A stretch of DNA of 64,000 nucleotides from the NCBI GenBank assembly GCA_016188965.1, contig JACPGT010000005.1, positions 65,989 through 129,988 on the forward strand, read 5' to 3'. The position numbers and the translations under genes are program-made. The stretch is from Candidatus Micrarchaeota archaeon (lineage in GTDB: Archaea > Micrarchaeota > Micrarchaeia > Norongarragalinales > Norongarragalinaceae). Shown one piece after another: positions 50,355 through 58,781 of this stretch (positions are counted from its first letter, which is position 1; every line of letters starts with the position of its first letter). The notes below the pieces were generated by a model, which ran no database searches, was not told the origin of the DNA, and was given only the letters and a program-made list of their open reading frames with translations.

Positions 50355-50807
50355 ATGCGCACATTGGTTTACACTTTATTGGTCCTCGGTTTTCTCTTGG
50401 CAGGGTGCAGCACCCAACTGGCCCAACCGACGCCTGAACCAACCAGCCCGGCCGCAACCGCGAGCGCGACGGCCGAAACAAACACGAACGCCAACGCGGC
50501 CAACCCCGCTGCGACGCACTGCGTACAACTCGGGTACAGAAACGAAATCGTCGACACGCCGCAAGGCCAAAGCGGCACCTGCCGGTTTCCGGACAACTCC
50601 ACCTGCGACGACTGGAAGTTTTTCCGAGGAGAATGCGGCCAGGCGTTCAGTGCCTGCACGAAAAAGGGAGGAAAACTGGGCGCGGTCCTGATGGGACCGA
50701 ACGGGCCGGTGACGTCCAATTCGACGTGCCAATTCAACGACGGCACCATATGCGAAGAAAACGAGCTTGCCGACGGCACGTGCCAACCTGGACAACAAGT
50801 CGCATGA
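50355..50807 (+). CDS. Lipobox protein with two DUF333-like Cys-rich repeats
   Basis: LLAGC lipobox. NPAATHCVQLGY...GTCRFPDNSTCDDWKFFRGEC resembles the DUF333 pattern, and a second degenerate repeat follows. Confidence 0.7.
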   Translation: MRTLVYTLLVLGFLLAGCSTQLAQPTPEPTSPAATASATAETNTNANAANPAATHCVQLGYRNEIVDTPQGQSGTCRFPDNSTCDDWKFFRGECGQAFSACTKKGGKLGAVLMGPNGPVTSNSTCQFNDGTICEENELADGTCQPGQQVA

Positions 50808-50941
50808 ACGCCCAGCCGACATCCGAGCCACTTTAAAACCCGAACAGCCGAAGGCTGCACGCCGACGTAGGACCAATTTTTTCCGCTTCTTTTTGCGGCG
50901 TCCGTAAAGCGCCGCAGTCGTTATTCTCCTTTTTTCATTGG

Positions 50942-53900
50942 TCAGCGGTCCAGCCGGAAAAAAGTGATGGAGTACGCCGGGAAAACGTAAGAAAAATTGG
51001 CCGAAACAGCGAGGGTGGATTCAAGGTAGTCCGTCTGGTCAATAGAGTCCTGCAACGCGTTGGCCTTCAAAGCGTATACGGAAGCGACGGGCAAAGGAAT
51101 GAAGTTTTTCAGCTGAATGGTTTGAACATGCGCCGCCGAGTCACGGTTGATAACCGCCAAGTACAACGACTGGCCGTCGGCCGAGACGCTGCTGACGGCG
51201 GTGAAGCGCGGCACGTCCGTGTTCGTCACGGCGTCATGGACCGTCAGCGAGTCGTACGCGACCGGCACCATGCGGCCACCCCAGCCAAAGTAGCGGGAAA
51301 ACGCCAGGAACGTCCGGCCATTGAGGTTGACCTTGGGCACGCCGGCGTAGTCGCCCACCAAGCCGGTGGCGAATTTTTCCTTGGGAGACGCGGCATTCCA
51401 GAAGAACAGCGACCCACCGTGCACTCCGTTTTCCAGCATGAACGCCAGCTCGGACGCCAAGTAAGCCGAGTCGATGAATCGGTCCGTTGCCGTGTACTTG
51501 AAATTGACCAGGATACGGTTGTACTCGTTGATCCAGATGGGAAAATCCGGATCGCCCACCGCGCGGCTAAGGTACTTCGAAGCCAACTGCTGCGCCTGCC
51601 GGAACCGGTACGAATCGGCATAGGCGGCGGCCATGGAACGCAACGGATAGTCCCGCACGCCGTCCTTGCCCGGATAGAGAAAATAATCGTGCACCGCCAT
51701 GCCCGCGACGAGGGACTGTTTGCCTTGCTCCGCGATGTACTGCAGAACGCGGTCCATGGAAAACGAGCCGGAGTTCTGCGTAGGCAAGATGCATTTGAGG
51801 CCGGTTTGGATGCGGCGGATGGACTCGCACAAGTCGACGAACCGGCGCGCGAAGCCCTCCTCGTTACCGACGTACTGCGCGTAGTACGGCTCGTTACCCA
51901 ACTCGACGTACCGCAACGAATACGGCGCCACGCGGCCCCGGGCAGCACGAAGGTTGGCATAGTTGACGCTACCGGAACCGTCCGCGGCCCGCAGATCCGT
52001 CACGGGCCAGCCCTGCGCAGTAATTTGCTGGGCCTTTGCCGCATAGTCCGCGTCCGCCGGCAACACGAGGTACTGGATCATGGCCGTGAGGCCTTCCACG
52101 CTTCCGTACTTGCGGAAAGAAGGAGGCAACGCATCGGTGGAGCAGCCGTACTTGATTTCGCAAGGATTCGGCAACTGGGGAACGAACTCGAAGTTGAGGC
52201 GCTCAGCAAGCGTGCCGTAATCATCCAGCGTCAGCACGTTGGCATCGAACCGGTACCGAACCTGTGCGTCGGCCGCATCCTGTGGCAGCGCGCCGGAATA
52301 CGTCGGACGCACCACGTACTCGTCGATCTTGAAGCGGTACGAGTCGGAACGTTGGCTAGCCGACGTGACCGATGCGCCCACGCTCTCTTCGTTCAGCGTG
52401 CCGAAGTAGGCATCTTTGGTGCGCAGCGCCGTGTCCGACGGGAACGTCGCGAGCACCGCCTGACCAACAAAGTTATCGTCCAGCCAGACTTTAGACGTCA
52501 AGTCGTTGAGAACGTCCACCCCATACCACCGGTCGAACGCCAGCGGCGCCGTCGTTACGGATTGAGCGAACCCCGGCGTGCCGAAGCGGAATTCCAGGCG
52601 GCGGTCCGGCAACAAATAAACGTGGAAGCGGCCGGTCTTCATGATGAACGCCTTGGATGCCACCGAAAAAGGCACGCTCGAAGAAAGCTGGATGTCAAAA
52701 CGCGTGTACAACGCCGCCTGGGGAAGCGAAAGTTCGCGACCGACTTCAGGAAACACGCGGTGAACCTGCGTCGTCGAGCCTGACACCTTAGTGTAGCTGA
52801 TCGAGTGCCGGTTGAGCCCTTGAGCAAAGGAAAGCGACGCGTCGAACCACTCCACACGGTAATAATTATCGCTGGCCGAGCCGTCGGCCTTGGATTCATA
52901 CCTCAAATCCATGTCCGGCAGCGGATATTGCAGTCGCCAGTTGAACTCCGGGAACGATTCATCGATCATCGGATTGGAAAGGCCGTTGGACCGCCGATAC
53001 TCCGACGGATCGAACATCCAGATGTTGCGCGGCGTGCCTGCGTCGGCCAGATGCATCCGCCACAGCGGCCGGTTCAGCGATGCGCCGGAAGGAACGGATG
53101 AGCCTGCCAATTCGGAAAAAATGGGAAAATCGTAATCCTGCACGCGGTCGGCCATCGAATTGCCGCCCAGCACGCCACGGTCCACATACGGCACCGACGT
53201 CTGTTGCGCGTCAATCAAAAGAACGCCGGCAATCGGGACCGGTGTCGCGCTCGGCGCGGCCGTTGCAGAAGGACGAGGCATTGGGCTGACGGACGGCAAT
53301 ACCGTGGGCAACGGAGGCATTACGGAAGGGACCGGAGGCAACAGCGGATACCAAGTGAAGTTTGCGTTGCGCGCATGCTCCAGTGCGAACGGGGCATAGA
53401 AGCCCGAACCGGGCCCGCCGCGGCACGAGCCGTCGGACCAACCCGGTTGTTTGATCCACACCAAGGCGTGCACGGAATCGTCGCCGGTCTGCGTCGTGAA
53501 CGGAACGCCGGCGCCGCGGCCCGACGGGTTGCACCAGATCCCGTCCGGATGCGGGCCTTGGCCGTTGCGCGACGTGTCGATGATGAACGGCTTGCCGCCC
53601 ACGCGGGCGGACATCTGCAAGCCGTACCGGATATTCTCATCCGTGTAGATGAAGTTAGCCACGTTCAAGGCAAAACCATCGGCTTCCGAAATGTCCAACT
53701 CGTTCAAACGCCGCGACATCTCGACCACGCCCACCCACCGCGGGTTGGCCGCGTCCACATACACGGCCGCGCCTTGGGCCTTGAGCACGCGGATGGCGTG
53801 GCGCATCAAGTCCCACCGCGTGGCAACCTCCGACGCATTCAGGCAACTGAGCGCCGCCGTGCCGTCCGGTTCCAACACCACGATGGCCTTGCGTCCGGCA

Positions 53901-54637
53901 AGGCTCGAAGCGATGCCTTCCACGTAAGCGCGGTATGCCGCCGGCGAGGCGAAGCCGCCGGCTGCCGCACCGCCGCAATCCCGCTTGGGCAAGCTATAAA
54001 TCACGATGAGCGGCACCTGGCCCTGCGTCGAAGCGTCGTCCAGAAGCGAATCGGCCCGCGCCCGCACGTCCGCCTCGTGTCCGGAAAACCAGATGGCCAC
54101 CGGTTGCGGCCACAGCTTGTCCAACTGCGCCGCATCCTCCGGACGGCTTTGGCGCCACGCGTCGGCCTGAAGACGGGTCGGAATCTGCGGGTCGACATAC
54201 AGACGGACGTTGGAAAAAGGATTGAACCGATCCGGTGCGGGCGTCACGCTGGGAGACGCAGAAGCCGTAGGTTCCGGCGCAGGCACCACGGAAGGCGCGG
54301 ACAGCGGAGGCGAAAGAGGGGCCGTCGGCGAGGCCGAGGATGAGGAAGCGGAAGGATAGGCTCCCCCGATGAACGACGGCGCGGGGGAAGGGGGCACAGA
54401 GGAAGCGGAGGGCGACACCGGCAACGGGACGTCCGTATCCGAAGACGGCGGATACGCCAGGGCGGTGGCGTCAGCCAAGGGCAGCACCTCGAATTCCGCA
54501 ATCGGAGTCGGAGTAACGAGGGACTGCGGAAAGACGACAAACCCGGCGGGGGATGCCGGAGTCAACGTCAGCCACAAACCAAGAAGCGCGATGCCGACGG
54601 CGAAGATCAACAACGCTTGACGATGACTCGGACGCAT
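50942..54637 (-). CDS. Secreted multidomain glycoside hydrolase: GH6 domain plus C-terminal clan GH-A-like (beta/alpha)8 domain
   Basis: Start at 54637, with GGAGGT 8 nt upstream. A signal/TM and P/S/T linker are followed by GH6 blocks PLIVIYSLPKRDCGGAAAGG, IVVLEPDG, IIDTSRNG and WIKQPGWSDG. The C-terminal region has YVELGNEPY and PIWINEYN, the acid/base and nucleophile motifs typical of clan GH-A. Confidence 0.85.
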   Translation of the reverse strand: MRPSHRQALLIFAVGIALLGLWLTLTPASPAGFVVFPQSLVTPTPIAEFEVLPLADATALAYPPSSDTDVPLPVSPSASSVPPSPAPSFIGGAYPSASSSSASPTAPLSPPLSAPSVVPAPEPTASASPSVTPAPDRFNPFSNVRLYVDPQIPTRLQADAWRQSRPEDAAQLDKLWPQPVAIWFSGHEADVRARADSLLDDASTQGQVPLIVIYSLPKRDCGGAAAGGFASPAAYRAYVEGIASSLAGRKAIVVLEPDGTAALSCLNASEVATRWDLMRHAIRVLKAQGAAVYVDAANPRWVGVVEMSRRLNELDISEADGFALNVANFIYTDENIRYGLQMSARVGGKPFIIDTSRNGQGPHPDGIWCNPSGRGAGVPFTTQTGDDSVHALVWIKQPGWSDGSCRGGPGSGFYAPFALEHARNANFTWYPLLPPVPSVMPPLPTVLPSVSPMPRPSATAAPSATPVPIAGVLLIDAQQTSVPYVDRGVLGGNSMADRVQDYDFPIFSELAGSSVPSGASLNRPLWRMHLADAGTPRNIWMFDPSEYRRSNGLSNPMIDESFPEFNWRLQYPLPDMDLRYESKADGSASDNYYRVEWFDASLSFAQGLNRHSISYTKVSGSTTQVHRVFPEVGRELSLPQAALYTRFDIQLSSSVPFSVASKAFIMKTGRFHVYLLPDRRLEFRFGTPGFAQSVTTAPLAFDRWYGVDVLNDLTSKVWLDDNFVGQAVLATFPSDTALRTKDAYFGTLNEESVGASVTSASQRSDSYRFKIDEYVVRPTYSGALPQDAADAQVRYRFDANVLTLDDYGTLAERLNFEFVPQLPNPCEIKYGCSTDALPPSFRKYGSVEGLTAMIQYLVLPADADYAAKAQQITAQGWPVTDLRAADGSGSVNYANLRAARGRVAPYSLRYVELGNEPYYAQYVGNEEGFARRFVDLCESIRRIQTGLKCILPTQNSGSFSMDRVLQYIAEQGKQSLVAGMAVHDYFLYPGKDGVRDYPLRSMAAAYADSYRFRQAQQLASKYLSRAVGDPDFPIWINEYNRILVNFKYTATDRFIDSAYLASELAFMLENGVHGGSLFFWNAASPKEKFATGLVGDYAGVPKVNLNGRTFLAFSRYFGWGGRMVPVAYDSLTVHDAVTNTDVPRFTAVSSVSADGQSLYLAVINRDSAAHVQTIQLKNFIPLPVASVYALKANALQDSIDQTDYLESTLAVSANFSYVFPAYSITFFRLDR

Positions 54638-54695
54638 GACGCCAAACCTCCACGACGAGGAAAAAAGCATCCGGCGGGCCGCATGCTGCCTGCGG

Positions 54696-54791
54696 TTATA
54701 GTCGACCACGAAAGTAACCCGACTTAAGAGTCGTGGTCGACTATCTAGCAAACGGCTCGAAAGTCTCGGCGGACTTTCGAGGTTTGCTATA
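54696..54791 (-). repeat. Modular hairpin repeat element, copy D
   Basis: The reverse complement reads TTATAGCAAAC-CTCGAAAGTC-loop-GACTTTCGAG-CC-GTTTGCTAGATAGTC-GACCACGA-loop(GTCGGGTTACTTT)-TCGTGGTC-GACTATAA. Lies 58 nt upstream of the glycosidase start. Confidence 0.75.
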
Positions 54792-54925
54792 ATCGACTGG
54801 ATGATTCAATGCCCCAACGGCAGTGGTGGCTGGAGCGGCTAATATTAAACCGGACGGCACGCCTTACGAAAACCAGTCGAAAAAACGGATGCGCTTACAA
54901 AAACGGACAAAAAAAAGAAAAGAAG

Positions 54926-54996
54926 TGCGACCGGCGGGAATCGAACCCGCGTATCGACCTTGGCAAGGTCGTATCATACCACTAGACCACGGTCGC
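54926..54996 (-). tRNA. tRNA-Gly (GCC)
   Basis: The reverse complement folds as GCGACCG TG GTCT AGTGGTA TGAT A CGACC TTGCCAA GGTCG ATAC GCGGG TTCGATT CCCGC CGGTCGC A. Confidence 0.9.
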
Positions 54997-55281
54997 TTTT
55001 TTCCTGAACTTGTTTTCCTGCCGTCCTTTCCTTTGGTGCAGCTTTTCTTCTTAAAGAAAAGATGCCTACCCGGGTACGGCCGCTTATTTGATTTCGCCGT
55101 ACTGCCGTCAGTTCCTAGTTAAAACTGACGAATTGGAAACAAGGAAAAGACGCATTCCTGTGCCAATCAGGGAAAAAGCTTATGCACACAACGGCTTTTA
55201 AAACCGTTTTCTTTGAAGCCGGAACGCCGGCGATGGAAAAAAGAGGAAAAAACCGACCGTAATAACGGCCGGCACTTTTTG

Positions 55282-55377
55282 CTATAGCAAGCCACGAAAG
55301 TTTCCCGGATGTATTCGTGGCTTGCTAGACACCAAGACTTGACAAATCGATTGCGACAGTTCAAGTCTTGCTGTAAA
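55282..55377 (+). repeat. Modular hairpin repeat element, copy B (two hairpins)
   Basis: Same scaffold as copy A with different, perfectly compensated stems (CCACGA/TCGTGG and AAGACTTGA/TCAAGTCTT). Confidence 0.8.
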
Positions 55378-56149
55378 ACAGCGCCAGGAATGTGCCGACC
55401 CACGCGCTAAGCATGGCGCCTACGGACGTGACCATACCGGCGGTGCCTTGGATCAGCACGTCGGCAAAGCCCGACGCGCCTTGTGGCTGCCCTTCAGTCT
55501 GAACTGACGCGTCGTCTAACGTGTTGAACACCGGGTTCAAAGTCGCGGATGCGTCGGTTGCACCCGATGGGGGGGTCGAACCGGAACCGGCGCTTGACGA
55601 GATCACGCTCGAACCGCCGGCGGACGAAGCGCCGAAAGCCACGTCAAAATCATACGGCACGCCGGATGCGCGCACTCGGTCGCGCAACGCGCTCCAATAT
55701 GCAGTCATGTGATCGGCAACCGTTTGGCGTTGTGCATCCGTTGCAGCGTCCGACCAGGCTTGTTTTTCCTCGGCTAATTCCAAACGCGCGTCGGCGACGA
55801 TCCCGGGGTCAAACCCGAGGCCGACCAAATCATCCAGGATGACCGATAAGCGGGCGAAGTGTTCTTGGACTATTTCCGACTCGCCGGAACCCACTCCGAC
55901 TGAAGTCGATTGACTCGTGCTGACTTGAGTTTGAGTGGACGAGTTGTCGCCGGTGCGGACGATGCTTACGGCCGATCCGCTGGCTCCTGAACCTTGCGTT
56001 GTTACCGAACCGGATGTCCGGATTGTGGCGTCGCTTGAAGCGGACGAGTCGACGGAAGCGGTGACGGCGGAAGATTGGGCAAATATCATGCCGGCCATCA
56101 TCGCCAAAATTATAGTCAAAGCCGCCAGGCGTCGTTCATGCGCGTCCAT
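55361..56149 (-). CDS. Secreted S/T/A-rich protein, distant member of the helical secreted family
   Basis: GGAGGTGATGGAAGATG start context and a signal/TM segment. Has the block FARLSVILDDLVGLGFDPGIVADARLELAEEKQAWSDAATDAQRQTVADHMTAYWSALRDRV and a C-terminal TM. Confidence 0.6.
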   Translation of the reverse strand: MDAHERRLAALTIILAMMAGMIFAQSSAVTASVDSSASSDATIRTSGSVTTQGSGASGSAVSIVRTGDNSSTQTQVSTSQSTSVGVGSGESEIVQEHFARLSVILDDLVGLGFDPGIVADARLELAEEKQAWSDAATDAQRQTVADHMTAYWSALRDRVRASGVPYDFDVAFGASSAGGSSVISSSAGSGSTPPSGATDASATLNPVFNTLDDASVQTEGQPQGASGFADVLIQGTAGMVTSVGAMLSAWVGTFLALFYSKT

Positions 56150-56279
56150 CTTCCATCACCTCCATTGGTCGTTGTTCCTCTTTGCCACGTTTCATCAATG
56201 AGATTTGAAAAAGCAAAAAGAAAGAAAGGGTCCGCCGACCCTGTTTGGATCGGCGGATTGGTCGGTTCCACGTCCTCCA

Positions 56280-57761
56280 CTATGCTCCGGGCGACGGACT
56301 CGGCGTGGCCGTTGGCTCGGGCGTCGGAGTCGCGGTCGGCTCCGGAGTGGGAGTCGCCGTAGGTTCCGGCGTTGGAGTCGGCGTCACCGTCGGCACAGGC
56401 GTCGGGCTGGCCGTCGGTTCCGGACTCGGAGTAGCCGTGGGAGCCGGTGTCGGCGTTGCGCTGGGAGTGGCCGCAGGCGTCGCAGTCGGCGTAGCCGTTG
56501 GTTCCGGCGTGGCTTCCTGACCTTCCGTCTCGACGTCCACGCTCACGCTGTTGTTGACAGTGGCCGAAGCGGTGCCGTTCAACGAGTCCACGAAGGCGTT
56601 GACCATCGTATTGATGTCTACGATGATCTGCGTCAGAGCGTCTCCGGATTCCGCACTCACCGACACGTCCGTACCGGTCGTGGCGCTGGCCGAACCGTTG
56701 TCCCCGCTGGCCGCGGCCGCGGCGTCACTGGACGCATCGACCGAGGCTGACGAGCCGCCGTTGGCGCTGGCCTCGACGTCGACCGACGTGTCAGCCGTTG
56801 CCGTGGCGGTGCCGTTCAACGCATTGACGATGGCCTGGACGAAGGTGTTGATATTGACGATGATGGTCGTCAAACCACCTTCTTCAGGTTCCGGCGTCGC
56901 ACTGGGAGTGGCCGTGGGCTCCGGACTCGGAGTAGCCGTCGGCTCCGGCGTCGCACTGGGCGTCGCTGTTGGTGTCGCAGACGGGGTAGCCGTCGGCGTG
57001 GCCGTCGGTTGGTTGGCCTCCGCTTGGGCCAATGCCTGCAGCAGCACGTTCAACTGCAACGTCAGCTGCTCCACCTGGGCCTGCAACTGGGCTACGGCCG
57101 TGGCCTTCGCATTGGAGTCGTCCGTCGCATTGACACCCGCTTGGGCCATGGCGTTCTGCTTAGCCAACAGGAAGAGCTTGACCTTGTCGCCGAAGTTCTT
57201 CCAGTAAATCTTCATGTCGGAAGTGACCTGGGCACGCGCGTCCGCATCCCCGGCCTCGACGAAGGCCTGGGCCTGCGAGTCCAATTTGATGCGGGCGTCC
57301 GCAATCATCTGCGGGTCCACGCCTTGGTCTTCCAGATCGTTCAGCATCACCTTGAGTTTGATGAACTCACGGGCGCTGGCCGACGCACTGGCTTCGCCGT
57401 TGCCGCTGGCCGAAGCTTGTGCATCCGTCTGAGCATTCACGGATTCTTTAATCGTTGCGTCGTCCGATTGCGCGTTGACGTCCACCGACGTGTCGCTGGA
57501 AACGGCCGCGTTAGCTGACGCGTCGCCGCCCAGAGCACTGGCCGTCGCGTTCACCACGCTACTGATGAACACCTGTATCTTCAGTACGACGTCACTCAAG
57601 GTACTGGTAACGCCGTCGATGACGACGTTTACGCTGGTATCCGCACTGGCCTGACTTGAGGCTTGCGAAACGGTCGCCGTTGTCTCGGCAACAAGCAAGC
57701 CCGACATCATGACCAGCGCCAGCATACCTAACCATGCCGTATTCGGCGCTGGTGTATTCAT
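56280..57761 (-). CDS. Secreted S/T/A-rich protein with TPEPTATP linkers and internal repeats
   Basis: A signal/TM segment. The block FIKLKVMLNDLEDQGVDPQMIADARIKLDSQAQAFVEAGDADARAQVTSDMKIYWKNFGDKV is homologous to the downstream gene. Three IIV-x-INT-x-V-x-A-x-V-x-x-LNGTA repeats and two T/P/E/A linker arrays. Confidence 0.65.
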   Translation of the reverse strand: MNTPAPNTAWLGMLALVMMSGLLVAETTATVSQASSQASADTSVNVVIDGVTSTLSDVVLKIQVFISSVVNATASALGGDASANAAVSSDTSVDVNAQSDDATIKESVNAQTDAQASASGNGEASASASAREFIKLKVMLNDLEDQGVDPQMIADARIKLDSQAQAFVEAGDADARAQVTSDMKIYWKNFGDKVKLFLLAKQNAMAQAGVNATDDSNAKATAVAQLQAQVEQLTLQLNVLLQALAQAEANQPTATPTATPSATPTATPSATPEPTATPSPEPTATPSATPEPEEGGLTTIIVNINTFVQAIVNALNGTATATADTSVDVEASANGGSSASVDASSDAAAAASGDNGSASATTGTDVSVSAESGDALTQIIVDINTMVNAFVDSLNGTASATVNNSVSVDVETEGQEATPEPTATPTATPAATPSATPTPAPTATPSPEPTASPTPVPTVTPTPTPEPTATPTPEPTATPTPEPTATPSPSPGA

Positions 57762-57859
57762 ACAATCACCCCTCGTTTTTCGTGGGTCCGCACCGCGCGT
57801 ACGCTACGCCCGCGGCGAAACCATCGGCTAGTTCCCCAAAACTCGTTGGGGCTTCAGAC

Positions 57860-58197
57860 GAGTGTCAGCAAAGCATGTGACCCGCCCCGGTCAACCCCGG
57901 CGCATGCCGCAACACCCCGTGCGGCGTCATGTCCTGCCACCACCTCCTCCCAAGGTTCCGCGCCGATTGCACCTGGCAGATGCTCGACAAGTCGGGCAAA
58001 CCGCCTTGGCCGACGCGGAGGGTTTTGCGCAGCAAACCGCGCGTGCAGTTTGCAAAGGCATCCGGAGGGAAGCAAGGTCGCCCGTTTTCCAAGGGATGCC
58101 AAACGCATGCCGCAGGCATCGAGCCGACGTTCTTGCGAGCGCCGGTTCGGTGGCCTTTGGCGGATAGTTGGTACGGATGAAATTACTTAACGGTTTT
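57860..58197 (+). ncRNA. Candidate SRP (7S) RNA; ends approximate
   Basis: AAAGGCATCCGGAGGGAAGCAAGGTCG at about 58056-58082 closely resembles the universally conserved helix-8 apex (AGGC..CCGGAAGGGAGCAACGG in archaea; GGUCCGGAAGGAAGCAGCC in E. coli 4.5S). The 645-nt region has no credible CDS, many GC-rich helices, and a TTTTT run at 58193-58197. Confidence 0.5.
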
Positions 58198-58406
58198 TCC
58201 GCAGGCATGCCCGGACACTTAAGTGACGCGCGCCATGGCTTGACAAAACGATAAGTAACCGGACCGGATGGCTTTCAGAATAGCGAAAACGGCTGAACCC
58301 TTTTCTGGAAGCGAGATCACGACTGCTTTGGGTAAAAGCGAAAAGGCGGCGCGTTGCCGTCCAACACGGAAGGCAACAAGGATGCCGGTCGGACAAACGG
58401 CGGAAA

Positions 58407-58739
58407 TCAATAGATGCGCGTGCCCACCGGCATGTCGTGACTGGGCGCCAAGAGGGCCAAGTCTTCCGCTGCCTCGCCCGCAGCCAGCAGCATGCCGTTG
58501 CTTTCGATTCCCTTGAGTTTTTTGGGCATCAGGTTGCATAAGACGACGATTTTGCGGTCCGTCAGTTGGTCGTCGGTGTAGACCTGACCGATGCCGGCCA
58601 CCAGGGTGCGCGGCGCTTCCTCGCCGACGTCCACGGACAACTGGACCAGCTTGTCGCTGCCTTCGACGCGCTGGGATGAGAGGATTTTGCCCACGCGCAG
58701 TTCCAGCTTCGAAAAATCGTCGTATTGAATTACGTCCAT
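58407..58739 (-). CDS. tRNA-binding domain protein (CsaA/Trbp111-like)
   Basis: MDVIQYDDFSKLELRVGKILSSQRVEGSDKLVQLSVDVGEE...VVLCNLMPKKLKGIESNGMLLAA. Confidence 0.75.
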   Translation of the reverse strand: MDVIQYDDFSKLELRVGKILSSQRVEGSDKLVQLSVDVGEEAPRTLVAGIGQVYTDDQLTDRKIVVLCNLMPKKLKGIESNGMLLAAGEAAEDLALLAPSHDMPVGTRIY

Positions 58740-58781
58740 CGGGCGGCTCACCGGCAACTGTTGTGGACGCATACGCTTTAT

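Noticed and set aside
50197-50481. N-terminal extension of the DUF167 ORF
   Set aside because: It runs through repeat copy A and the start of the plus-strand lipoprotein gene. DUF167 homology begins at the ATG at 50196, which has a TATA-like box about 25 nt upstream.
51122-54343. Long plus-strand ORFs (51122-52783 and 53204-54343)
   Set aside because: They are antisense to the glycosidase gene, which has clear GH6 and GH-A motifs. The translated sequences are Arg-rich and low in complexity.
54638-54751. N-terminal extension of the glycosidase ORF (MLDSRPRLLSRVTFVVDYN...)
   Set aside because: The extension is encoded by repeat copy D. The internal ATG at 54637 has a GGAGGT site and is followed directly by the signal/TM segment.
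56283-57010. Tandem repeats as a possible CRISPR array or non-coding satellite
   Set aside because: The repeats are in frame within a long ORF and encode T/P/E/A linker peptides. There is no repeat-spacer periodicity and no cas genes.
57985-58228. RNase P RNA on the minus strand (AAGTGTCCGGGC resembles CR-I; GCCCGACTTGTC resembles CR-V)
   Set aside because: The matches are short and need bulges to form P4. I could not find the other conserved regions. The region also overlaps the much stronger SRP helix-8 motif on the plus strand. An Rfam scan should still settle it.
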